64,000 nucleotides of DNA from NCBI GenBank assembly GCA_041497675.1, contig JBGQGY010000003.1, forward strand, positions 335-64,334, read 5' to 3'. The translations under genes were made by a program, and so were the position numbers. Below, one piece after another: positions 1 through 7,257 of the stretch (within the stretch, counting starts at the first letter, position 1; each line of letters starts with the position of its first letter). The notes under the pieces were generated by a model, which worked only from the letters and a program-made list of their open reading frames with translations, had not been told where the DNA came from and did not search any database. The stretch is from a bacterium. GTDB taxonomy: Bacteria > Sysuimicrobiota > Sysuimicrobiia > Sysuimicrobiales > Humicultoraceae.

Positions 1-908
1 TTGTCCTCCCCCACCAGCCCCAACCGGTCGATGCCCACCAGCGCGGCCCGCTTGTCCAGGATCCGCATCACGACCTTCTCGCCGAAGACCGTCGGGATCG
101 TCGAGACCCGCAGGTCGATCTCCCGGCCGTCGACGCGCAGTTCGATGCGGCCGTCCTGCGGGAGGCGGCGCTCGGCGATGTTCATGTTGGCCATGATCTT
201 GATGCGGCTCACGCCGGCAGCCTGGACGTGCTTGGGCGCCGTCATCACATTGTAGAGCGTGCCGTCGATCCGATAGCGGATCCGTACCTGGTTCTCCTGC
301 GGCTCCACGTGGATGTCACTGGCGCCCTGCCGCACGGCTTGGACCAGCACGAGGTTGACCAGACGCACGACCGGAGCTTCGTCGACGATCTCGCGGAGCT
401 TGTCGAGCCCGGGCTCGTCTTCCCCGACCTCGGACGGCCGGATCTCCTGGATGACCTGATCCAACGAAGTTTCCAGCGCCGGGTACTGGTTGACCGCGTG
501 CAGGAACCCGTCTTGCGTGATGACGGCCGGAATGAGGTCGCGGTCGGCGATGCGGCGGATGTCATCCAGCGCCAGCACATCGAGCGGATCGACCATCCCG
601 AGCACGAGCGCTTCGCCTTCGGCGCGCAACGGTAGCACCTGATAGCGGCGGATCGCCTGCTCGGGCAGGATCGTCAGGATGTCCTCGGGGATGGTGGTCG
701 CCTGGACGTTCACGTACTCCATGTTCATCTGACTGGCGATCGCCTTGGCGATCGCCTCCGGCGTCGCCAGACCCATTTTGACCAACACTTTGCCCAGCCG
801 GTCGCCAGTCGCATTCTGGGCCTGCAGTGCCTGCTCCAGCTGCGCCTGGGTAATCAGACCGGCTTCGACCAGGACCTCGCCCAGCCGCACCCGCCGGCGA
901 GCGGTCAT
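1..908 (-). CDS. PilB/GspE-family secretion or type IV pilus assembly ATPase, N-terminal ~300 aa; 3' end runs off the window start
   Basis: Translated the minus strand from ATG at 908-906 by hand: MTARRRVRLGEVLVEAGLITQAQLEQALQ... (T2SSE_N-like) ...LVNLVLVQAVRQGASDIHVEPQENQVRIRYRIDGTLYNV...RIKIMANMNIAERRLPQDGRI...IPTVFGEKVVMRIL. About 65% identical over this stretch to the 3318..5654 paralog. Absent from the ORF track because it has no in-window stop. Confidence 0.85.
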   Translation of the reverse strand, partial: MTARRRVRLGEVLVEAGLITQAQLEQALQAQNATGDRLGKVLVKMGLATPEAIAKAIASQMNMEYVNVQATTIPEDILTILPEQAIRRYQVLPLRAEGEALVLGMVDPLDVLALDDIRRIADRDLIPAVITQDGFLHAVNQYPALETSLDQVIQEIRPSEVGEDEPGLDKLREIVDEAPVVRLVNLVLVQAVRQGASDIHVEPQENQVRIRYRIDGTLYNVMTAPKHVQAAGVSRIKIMANMNIAERRLPQDGRIELRVDGREIDLRVSTIPTVFGEKVVMRILDKRAALVGIDRLGLVGED

Positions 909-912
909 GCCT

Positions 913-1155
913 CTAGATGGTTTCATGACGCTCCATCAGCATGACGACGTGAGCCTTGTGCACCATGACGACGGACGCTTCGTAGAGCAGCCGGCCGTCG
1001 AGGGAGAACACCCGCGCAGACGTGATCGGCAGGAAGTCTTTGGCCGAGTTCAGCCGGTCAGAAATCCGCGCGGTCGAGGGCAGGTGCAGGTCGCCCTCGA
1101 TCCGGTGGTGCGGCGTGAACAGGATGACCTGTTCTCGGTCGAGCTCTGACTTCAT
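913..1155 (-). CDS. small conserved hypothetical protein (~80 aa), translationally coupled between MerR and the GspE ATPase
   Basis: Internal ATG start (MKSELDREQVILFTPHH...KAHVVMLMERHETI) within ORF 913..1263. The ATG overlaps the MerR stop (ATGA arrangement). No family recognised. Confidence 0.5.
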   Translation of the reverse strand: MKSELDREQVILFTPHHRIEGDLHLPSTARISDRLNSAKDFLPITSARVFSLDGRLLYEASVVMVHKAHVVMLMERHETI

Positions 1156-1433
1156 CGACCACTCCCACGGCCGTCCCCGGCCATTTCCACCGGGCGTGTG
1201 CTCTCGATCAACCGCTGGATGCCCTTGAGGCTCATGCCACGATCCACCATGGCCTTGACCCAACGGATGCGTTCGACATCGTCTTCACTATACAGGCGAT
1301 GGCCACCGCCGGTCCGGGCCGGGGAGAGCAGGTTGTACTGGTCCTCCCACGCTCGGATCCGCCGGGGGTTCACCCCGGTCAGGTGCGCGACCGTCCGGAT
1401 CGGATAGATCGGCGCGCGACGGTCCACAATCAT
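1152..1433 (-). CDS. MerR-family HTH transcriptional regulator
   Basis: YPIRTVAHLTGVNPRRIRAWEDQYNLLSPARTGGGHRLYSEDDVERIRWVKAMVDRGMSL matches the MerR N-terminal HTH pattern. Stop/start overlaps with both neighbours. Confidence 0.8.
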   Translation of the reverse strand: MIVDRRAPIYPIRTVAHLTGVNPRRIRAWEDQYNLLSPARTGGGHRLYSEDDVERIRWVKAMVDRGMSLKGIQRLIESTRPVEMAGDGRGSGR

Positions 1434-3007
1434 CGGCTTCCCCCTCCGCTTCCCGCCGCGCGCTGGGCTGTGGCCAGATCACGGTCGCGCGGTGGACCGT
1501 AGCCATGATCGCGCAGGTACGTGTAGATCTCCTGAAGTTTCGAGAACCCGTGAAAGTCGGGGCGATACTCCGATTCGAGCTTGTAGTCCAGTTCGACGTA
1601 CTTGTTCAGCGTCACGAAGAACGCATACTGGACGATGTTGGACGGCGCTTCAGGCGCGTCGCGGTTCTTGTCGATAAAGAGGTTGACGATGTCGACCTTG
1701 GGAAGATCGTCGGTGGCGAACCCCTCGGCCCGCGAGCGCGTCTCGATCAATTGCTGCAGGTCGTGGGTCGCCTTCCAGTCCTTGGCCAGCACCATCGCCA
1801 CGTCCAAGTCGTACTCGAGGTCGCCGGACCCCATGCTGTGGTGCATCGTCGGCCGGTTGAACGGGTTGAAGACCTCGCCTTCCTCCACCGGTCGCTCGTC
1901 GAGCCGACAGCCTTCTTTGTCCAGCGGCGAGATGGCAAAGATCGGGCAGTCGAGTTCGAGGCTCATCTCCGCCAGCGCGGTTGAGATTCGGTCCGTGCGG
2001 CCCTTCGAGTCGTCCAGGTGCTCGGGCAGCGGGATCTTTTGTAGGTAGTCAAAGAAGATGCAGATGTCCTGTGTCTGAAACTCCTGCATCAGGTTGTGGG
2101 CGTGCGCCCTGATCCGATCGAGTGTTTCCTTCCTGCCGGCCTCGACCAAATGCAGGAAGGGCCCGTAACGGGCGAGCTTGGACTGCGCCGAAGCGACTCG
2201 AGGACCGACCGGCCGGCCGTCCGTGTCGGCGCCGATCAAAATCGAGGTCGGGTTGAGACCGGTCTCTTTCGCGATGAGCCGCGCGGCCAAGACGCGCCGG
2301 GTTTGCTCCCACGTGTAATAGAGCACGGGGATCTTGTGGTTGACGGCCACGTGCACGGCCAGATCGAGCGCCAGGTTGGTCTTCCCGCGGCGCGGCGCGC
2401 CGGCAAGGCCATAGTAGAACCCGCGGCGCAGCCCCGAGAGCAGCGTGTTGAGCCGGTCGAAGGGGCTGATCGAAAACCCGAGGATCCCGTCACTGGCCAC
2501 CGGCCGCAATTCCAACAAGGGACTGAACGCCTCCGAGATCGGCGCCACCTGGCGCCGAATACGCCGCCGCTGGATCTCCATCAGATTGTGGACGCAGTCC
2601 GCCGTGAACTGCACGATGTCGGGGTGCTGGCCGTCCTGCCGGTACAGGTACCCACCGATCGATTCGTGGACTTGGCCGAGCAGGTCGCGGCTCTCGCGGG
2701 CTTTCAGCACGTCGACCTGGGCCATCGCCTCCCCGGCGCTCAACGGCGGGTTCTCGATCACGTTGGCCAGATACCGCTCCATCTCAGGCGTCAACAGGCC
2801 GCGGTCGACCAGATGGACGCGCAGGGTGGACTCATCGACGACGGCATCCTGGGCGGCGTAGAGGTCGATGATGACCTTGGCCAGCCGCCGCGCGAGTGGC
2901 GACGCCAGCAGATCAACATGAAACCCCTCCGTCGAGGCAAGGGTAATCAAATGCCGATCGCGGATAAATCCGCTAAGCAGACGGATTTCAATCTGGTACA
3001 GATCCAC
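1430..3007 (-). CDS. atypical DnaB-like helicase C-terminal domain (RecA-fold) ATPase, 525 aa
   Basis: Walker A GLAGAPRRGKTNLALDLAV, DnaB-like Walker B ICIFFDYLQKI, SGDLEYDLDVAMVL (compare DnaB SGSIEQDADVV). Has insertions and a long divergent C-terminal tail. Stop overlaps the MerR start, so it is the first gene of a four-gene minus-strand operon. Confidence 0.7.
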   Translation of the reverse strand: MDLYQIEIRLLSGFIRDRHLITLASTEGFHVDLLASPLARRLAKVIIDLYAAQDAVVDESTLRVHLVDRGLLTPEMERYLANVIENPPLSAGEAMAQVDVLKARESRDLLGQVHESIGGYLYRQDGQHPDIVQFTADCVHNLMEIQRRRIRRQVAPISEAFSPLLELRPVASDGILGFSISPFDRLNTLLSGLRRGFYYGLAGAPRRGKTNLALDLAVHVAVNHKIPVLYYTWEQTRRVLAARLIAKETGLNPTSILIGADTDGRPVGPRVASAQSKLARYGPFLHLVEAGRKETLDRIRAHAHNLMQEFQTQDICIFFDYLQKIPLPEHLDDSKGRTDRISTALAEMSLELDCPIFAISPLDKEGCRLDERPVEEGEVFNPFNRPTMHHSMGSGDLEYDLDVAMVLAKDWKATHDLQQLIETRSRAEGFATDDLPKVDIVNLFIDKNRDAPEAPSNIVQYAFFVTLNKYVELDYKLESEYRPDFHGFSKLQEIYTYLRDHGYGPPRDRDLATAQRAAGSGGGSR

Positions 3008-3192
3008 CGGGCAGTTCCCTCCGATATCGGAAATCGGGGATCGTGCCTGACCCGGACTCAGTCAACCCTCTCGCCGTGAACTTCCCAGGAACCTCTCTGA
3101 CGTTGGCTTGCCTCGGGCATAACCTTGTTGCGATTGTGTTCCAATCTTCATCCGGGCAAGTCAGAATATGCCCAGAAGATTGTGGGGCTAGT

Positions 3193-3275
3193 CACGAACG
3201 GGCAAACCCGGAGCGATTCGGGGGCGCAAAACTACGGGACCGGGGAATATACATACCGGTCCCTGTTTTTCTTGG
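3193..3275 (+). promoter_or_regulatory. c-di-GMP-I (GEMM) riboswitch-like element in the 5' leader of the GspE-family ATPase gene
   Basis: CACGAACGGGCAAACC-CGGA-GCGA-UUCGG-GGGCGCAAAACUACGGG then hairpin ACGGGACCGG-GGAAUAUACAUA-CCGGUCCC followed by UGUUUUUCUU. It has the GGCAAACC box, a GNRA-capped first hairpin and a GCGCAAA(G/A)C junction resembling the Vibrio Vc2 aptamer (GGCAAACC AUUC GAAA GAGU GGGACGCAAAGCC). The second hairpin plus U-tract could act as terminator. Confidence 0.6.
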
Positions 3276-3317
3276 GGCTGCTGCCACATGGCAAAACGGC
3301 ATGGGTGAGGGTACGCA

Positions 3318-5654
3318 TTGGATCGGTCCCCGGACGAAGGCGCCATCCAGACTCTGAAAGCTTCCGTTGGCCTGCCCGCGGAGAGCCTGACGCTCGAACG
3401 GGCTTTCCTTCATGCGGAGGCACGCCAGGCCATGCGGTCCGCACAATGGGAGACCGCGCGCGACGCGCTGCAGCGTCTAGCGGCGGCCGATCCAGAGGAA
3501 CCATGGGTCTGCTGGGACCTGGCGGCGGCGTGCCGGGCGCTCGAGGACCACGAAGGCGCAGCTCTCGCGTATCTGACCGCGGCCGACAAGCACCTGGCCC
3601 GCGGCGAGACCGACCAGGTCCTCCAAGCGTACCAGCAGGCCGCCGCGATCTCGCCAAATGATCCGCAGATTCAAGCCAAGCTGGCGGAACCAGCCCCACC
3701 TCCATCGCAGCCCTCGGCAAGCCGGCCGGCAAACGCTTCACCGCGACCGGCGCCGCCCGCCGCGACCACGTCGCCGGAGACCGGTGCGCGTGCCGTGCCG
3801 GAGCGCAGCGACGCTCCGGTATTGCCAACGCCTCCCGGGCCATCGAAGGCCGACAAGCGAGGGGCGGCGGCGCCCGATGCACCTCCCACACCACCCGCGC
3901 GCGAGCCCGTCGACCCAGCATCCCAGGCGGCGCGGGCACCGCGGCCGCGACTGGGCAGCAAAACCGAGACGCTGGGCCAGGTGCTCCAGCAACTGGGCAT
4001 CATCACCGCCCACCAACTCAACGAATCGCTCGAGATTCAGGCGCGCACCGGCGAGCGCATCGGGCAAATCCTGCGCGACATGGGCGTGATCAGCGACACC
4101 GACCTGGCGCGCGCCATGGCGCACCAGTGGGCCTACCCGTACCTCTCCCTGGCGGAGCGGCGGCCAGATACTGAGATCGTCAGGCTGATCCCGCACGCGC
4201 TGGCGATGCGGCACAAGTGCGTCGCCGTCGAGCGCGCCGGGGGCCGGCTGCTCGTCGCGATCAGTGATCCGCTGAACGTCATCGCCGTCGACGACGTCCG
4301 CCTCATCACCGGCATGGAAGTCGACCTCGCGGTCGCCACCGAAGAAGACATCACCACCGCGCTGGCGCGCGGCTATCAGCTGTCCGACACGACGATTGAG
4401 AAGGTCCTGCGCGAGTCCTTACCCGATTCTGCGGGGGATCTCGGCGATGAGGATGTCTCGATCGAGCAGCTGAAGGCGTTGGTTGAGGAAGCGCCTGTCG
4501 TCAAGCTCGTCAACCTCGTAGTGGATGAGGCGGTCAAGCAAGGCGCCAGCGATATCCACGTCGAGCCGCAGCGCAACGGCGTCTGGGTGCGGTTTCGCGT
4601 GGACGGGGTGCTGCGCGACGTGATGAACCCGCCTAAGCACCTGAAGTCGGCGCTCGTCTCGCGCATGAAGATCATGGCTGAGATGGACATCGCCGAGCGC
4701 CGTCGCCCCCAGGATGGGCGCATCCATCTGATCGCCGATGGCCGCAACATCGACCTGCGCGTCTCGACGCTCCCCACGATGTATGGCGAGAAAATCGTGA
4801 TGCGCATCCTGGATCAAGCCCAGACCATGATCGGGCTGACCCGGCTGGGCTTCCACAGTGATACGCTCCGACAGTGGGAGAGCTCGGTCAGCAAACCCCA
4901 CGGGATGGTGTTGGTCACCGGGCCGACCGGGAGCGGGAAGACGACGACCCTCTACGCCACGCTGAGCAAGCTCAACACGCCCGAACTCAATGTCGTGACG
5001 GTCGAGGACCCCGTCGAGTATCAGATCAGCCGTATCAACCAGGTCCAAGTGAACATTAAAGCCGGCATGACCTTTGCCACCGCGCTCCGGCACATCCTGC
5101 GCCAGGACCCAGACATCGTCATGGTCGGTGAGATCCGCGACAAAGACACGGCCGAGATCGCGGTGCAGGCCGCACTCACCGGCCACTTGGTCCTCTCAAC
5201 GCTCCACACCAACGACGCGGCGGGCGCGGTCACGCGGCTGGTCGACATGGGGGTTGAACCGTTCCTGATCAGCTCGTCGGTCATTGGGGTGCTGGCGCAG
5301 CGTCTCGCCCGGGCCATCTGCTCCCGTTGCAAGGTCGCCTACTCGCCGCCACCCGAAGCGCTCGGCCGTCTCGGTGCGGATGTGCGAATCGATTCCGATG
5401 TGACCTTCTATAGAGGCCAAGGCTGCGAGTCGTGCCGCGGCACCGGTTACCGCGGTCGGATCGGCATCTTCGAACTGCTGATCATCAGTGACGCCGTCCG
5501 CGACCTGGTTGTCCACAACGCCTCCTCCACCGAGATCAAGGCGCAGGCGATCCGTGAGGGCATGCGCACGCTGCGGGATGACGGCCTCGAGAAAGTCATG
5601 TCCGGCATCTCCACCATCGACGAGATCCTGCGGGTCGTGTACGTCCAGGACTGA
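3318..5654 (+). CDS. PilB/GspE-family ATPase with N-terminal TPR-like domain and Pro/Ala-rich linker (778 aa)
   Basis: T2SSE_N-like region (LGQVLQQLGIITAHQL...), Walker A GPTGSGKTT, Asp box, Walker B DPDIVMVGEIRD, His box LVLSTLHTND, tetracysteine CSRC...CESC. TTG start at 3318; ATG at 3432 is an alternative. N-terminal ~100 aa TPR-like, then low-complexity P/A-rich segment. Confidence 0.9.
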   Translation: MDRSPDEGAIQTLKASVGLPAESLTLERAFLHAEARQAMRSAQWETARDALQRLAAADPEEPWVCWDLAAACRALEDHEGAALAYLTAADKHLARGETDQVLQAYQQAAAISPNDPQIQAKLAEPAPPPSQPSASRPANASPRPAPPAATTSPETGARAVPERSDAPVLPTPPGPSKADKRGAAAPDAPPTPPAREPVDPASQAARAPRPRLGSKTETLGQVLQQLGIITAHQLNESLEIQARTGERIGQILRDMGVISDTDLARAMAHQWAYPYLSLAERRPDTEIVRLIPHALAMRHKCVAVERAGGRLLVAISDPLNVIAVDDVRLITGMEVDLAVATEEDITTALARGYQLSDTTIEKVLRESLPDSAGDLGDEDVSIEQLKALVEEAPVVKLVNLVVDEAVKQGASDIHVEPQRNGVWVRFRVDGVLRDVMNPPKHLKSALVSRMKIMAEMDIAERRRPQDGRIHLIADGRNIDLRVSTLPTMYGEKIVMRILDQAQTMIGLTRLGFHSDTLRQWESSVSKPHGMVLVTGPTGSGKTTTLYATLSKLNTPELNVVTVEDPVEYQISRINQVQVNIKAGMTFATALRHILRQDPDIVMVGEIRDKDTAEIAVQAALTGHLVLSTLHTNDAAGAVTRLVDMGVEPFLISSSVIGVLAQRLARAICSRCKVAYSPPPEALGRLGADVRIDSDVTFYRGQGCESCRGTGYRGRIGIFELLIISDAVRDLVVHNASSTEIKAQAIREGMRTLRDDGLEKVMSGISTIDEILRVVYVQD

Positions 5655-5698
5655 TCTCGACGGGTCGACGGGGCGGACGAGCCCGTGGTCAAAAGGAT

Positions 5699-5738
5699 GA
5701 GGAGCCGGCGCGGTCACGCCGGCTCCTCGGTGTTGTGT
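5699..5738. terminator. bidirectional intrinsic terminator between convergent genes
   Basis: GAGGAGCCGGCG-cggtca-CGCCGGCTCCTC 12-bp stem followed by GGTGTTGTGT on plus, with CCTTTT on the minus side. Confidence 0.6.
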
Positions 5739-5747
5739 AGAGCGCCG

Positions 5748-6104
5748 CTAGACGAGCGCGGCAGCCAGCTGGCTGTTACGCCGCATCTCCAACCGGATGC
5801 GACCGAGATTGGCCTGTTTGCCGCCGACGACCACCATCATGGCGTCGGGGCCCGCCGGGCCGACCGCGATCGGACCGTCATCGTACTCGAGCAACATGCT
5901 GCGCATCGCCCCCCGGCTCATTTCGCGTCCCATCGAATCCGCCGCGGCCATGCTGCTGGCCACGATGGCGCCAACGGCCTCCAGGTCGATGGCCTCTTCA
6001 CTCGTCATCCCCTCGACGACAAACCCATCCCGGCCAACGACCAGGACGGCGACGACCCCCTCGACTTTGGCCAGGTCGCTGATGACATCCTTCAGCTGCG
6101 ACAT
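5748..6104 (-). CDS. Roadblock/LC7 (MglB-like) domain protein
   Basis: MSQLKDVISDLAKVEGVVAVLVVGRDGFVVEG...AIDLEAVGAIVASSMAAADSMG...MMVVVGGKQANLGRIRLEMRR matches the Roadblock/LC7 pattern. Internal ATG at 6104 with upstream AGGAGGGGAA; the longer ORF 5748..6248 is an antisense-style extension. Confidence 0.8.
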   Translation of the reverse strand: MSQLKDVISDLAKVEGVVAVLVVGRDGFVVEGMTSEEAIDLEAVGAIVASSMAAADSMGREMSRGAMRSMLLEYDDGPIAVGPAGPDAMMVVVGGKQANLGRIRLEMRRNSQLAAALV

Positions 6105-6153
6105 CGTGCGTTCCCCTCCTACTCCAGAGTTCCGGCCCTCTAGCGTCCGGGAG

Positions 6154-6969
6154 CTACAGTGTTCCGTGCGACGGTACGCCCATGACACCCCGCAGTTTGG
6201 TGAGCGCTGAGGCCAGCACCCGCGAGACATGTTTCTGCGAGATGCCAATTCTCTTTGAGGCTTCGGTCTGGGTGAGATCGGTGTAGAACAGGTAGTAGAC
6301 GACCTTGCGCTGTAGCGAGTTCAGGGATTCCATCGCTTCGACCAGCATCACGCGATCTTCTATGGGTAACTGGAAGCTGATGTGGGATCGGTGCTTGATG
6401 CGCTCTCGGTCGACGCGCAGGTCGCCGCCCTCTTCTTCGGTCTCAAGGGAGATCGTCCGGAGGGCCTCACGGGTACGCAGCACCTCGAGCAGCCCTTCCT
6501 CTTCGATATTGAGCTCGGAGGCCAGCTCTTCCAGCCCGGGAAACCGCCCCTCTTCCGCAACGTATTTGCCGACGGTGTCCTCGATCTGGGTGTTGAGCTT
6601 CTGCAGCCAGCGCGGTTTCCGAATCGTGTCGCGCTGATCCCGCAGGTAATGGCGGATCTCGCCGCGGACCAGATAGCTCGCGTACGTCGCGAACTTCGCG
6701 CCCCGCGTCGGATCGAAGGCCGCGATGGCATTGAGCAACCCGATGTACCCCACCTGCACGAGATCGTCGGTCGGAACACCCGAGAACACAAATTCTGAGG
6801 CGATGCGCCGCACCAGCGGCGTGCACGCGTGGACGACTCGTTCTCGGATCGCTGGGTCGGGGCTCTCGACGTACTGGGCCATCAATACATCTTCGTTCTC
6901 GTGCTCGGTCACACGGGGTGTGATCTGCTCTTGTCGAACCGGTGCGCGTTGCGCGCTGCGGACTGCCAT
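6154..6969 (-). CDS. RNA polymerase sigma factor, sigma-70 family group 3 (SigB/SigF/FliA-like)
   Basis: Region 2 DLVQVGYIGLLNAIAAFDPTRGAKFATYASYLVRGEIRHYLRD; region 4 HTH LTQTEASKRIGISQKHVSRVLASALTKLR. GGAGG lies 6 nt upstream of the ATG at 6969. Confidence 0.85.
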   Translation of the reverse strand: MAVRSAQRAPVRQEQITPRVTEHENEDVLMAQYVESPDPAIRERVVHACTPLVRRIASEFVFSGVPTDDLVQVGYIGLLNAIAAFDPTRGAKFATYASYLVRGEIRHYLRDQRDTIRKPRWLQKLNTQIEDTVGKYVAEEGRFPGLEELASELNIEEEGLLEVLRTREALRTISLETEEEGGDLRVDRERIKHRSHISFQLPIEDRVMLVEAMESLNSLQRKVVYYLFYTDLTQTEASKRIGISQKHVSRVLASALTKLRGVMGVPSHGTL

Positions 6970-6980
6970 CGTGCCCCTCC

Positions 6981-7022
6981 GAGGAAAAAAGATAAGTCCT
7001 CTCGAGCTGCCCCAAGAGGACC
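6981..7022 (-). terminator. intrinsic terminator forming the expression platform of riboswitch A
   Basis: Minus-strand RNA: AGGUCCUCU-UGGGGCAGCUCG-AGAGGACU UAUCUUUUUUCC, immediately before RBS GGAGG and the sigma factor ATG. Confidence 0.6.
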
Positions 7023-7031
7023 TGATGTTCT

Positions 7032-7110
7032 CCCTTCGGCAGCCCGGCCAACCGTGACGGTCCCGGAGCTTTGCGCCCCCACCTTGCGATGGGTTTGCCC
7101 TTTCGAGGAT
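7032..7110 (-). promoter_or_regulatory. c-di-GMP-I (GEMM) riboswitch-like aptamer A, leader of the sigma factor/Roadblock operon
   Basis: Minus-strand RNA: UCGAAAGGGCAAACC-CAUC-GCAA-GGUGGGG-GCGCAAAGCUCCGGGACCGUCACGGUUGGCCGGGCUGCCGAAGGG. GGCAAACC box, GCAA GNRA-capped hairpin, GCGCAAAGC junction. About 85% identical to element B at 12046..12140. Confidence 0.7.
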
Positions 7111-7149
7111 CGCTATTCAGTTAGAAGAAGACCACAAACCCTTACTGAC

Positions 7150-7181
7150 CTTAGTTTACATCATTCTTAGTTTAGATCATT
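7150..7181. repeat. 16-bp tandem direct repeat (cttagttta[c/g]atcatt x2) in an AT-rich island upstream of riboswitch A
   Basis: Read directly: ccttagtttacatcatt / cttagtttagatcatt. About 45-60 nt upstream of the riboswitch 5' end, so likely in the promoter. Local GC falls well below the window average. Confidence 0.6.
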
Positions 7182-7257
7182 GAGAACATTTCTGCAAGCT
7201 CTGTGTCAGAAATTGTACCCACCCTCGGACCCGTTTAGACCTCCCTGACCGGTAATC

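Noticed and set aside
228-635. 135-aa plus ORF and 111-aa minus ORF 245..580
   Set aside because: Both lie inside the hand-translated minus-strand GspE gene (<1..908) in other frames, and have no protein-like features.
3236-3275. Hairpin GGGACCGG...CCGGUCCC + UGUUUUU read as a stand-alone terminator or sRNA end
   Set aside because: Reinterpreted as the second hairpin and terminator of riboswitch C once the upstream GGGCAAACC...GCGCAAAAC core was seen. No upstream plus-strand gene needs terminating.
3232-3939. Pro/Arg-rich ORFs (3232..3939 minus, 3658..4089 plus, 3738..4214 minus)
   Set aside because: Low-complexity shadows of the P/A-rich linker region of the GspE-TPR protein.
4419-5186. 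255-aa minus ORF and other 100-170-aa ORFs inside 3318..5654
   Set aside because: Antisense or out-of-frame shadows of the GspE ATPase gene. Their peptides, like the plus ORF at 1..255, mirror the wrong-frame GspE reading (…ITTFSPKTVG…).
6829-7170. Plus ORFs 6829..7170 and 11733..12296 sharing the peptide PTLRWVCPF
   Set aside because: The shared peptide is simply the translation of the repeated riboswitch aptamer DNA (cccaccttgcgatgggtttgccc), so it is non-coding.
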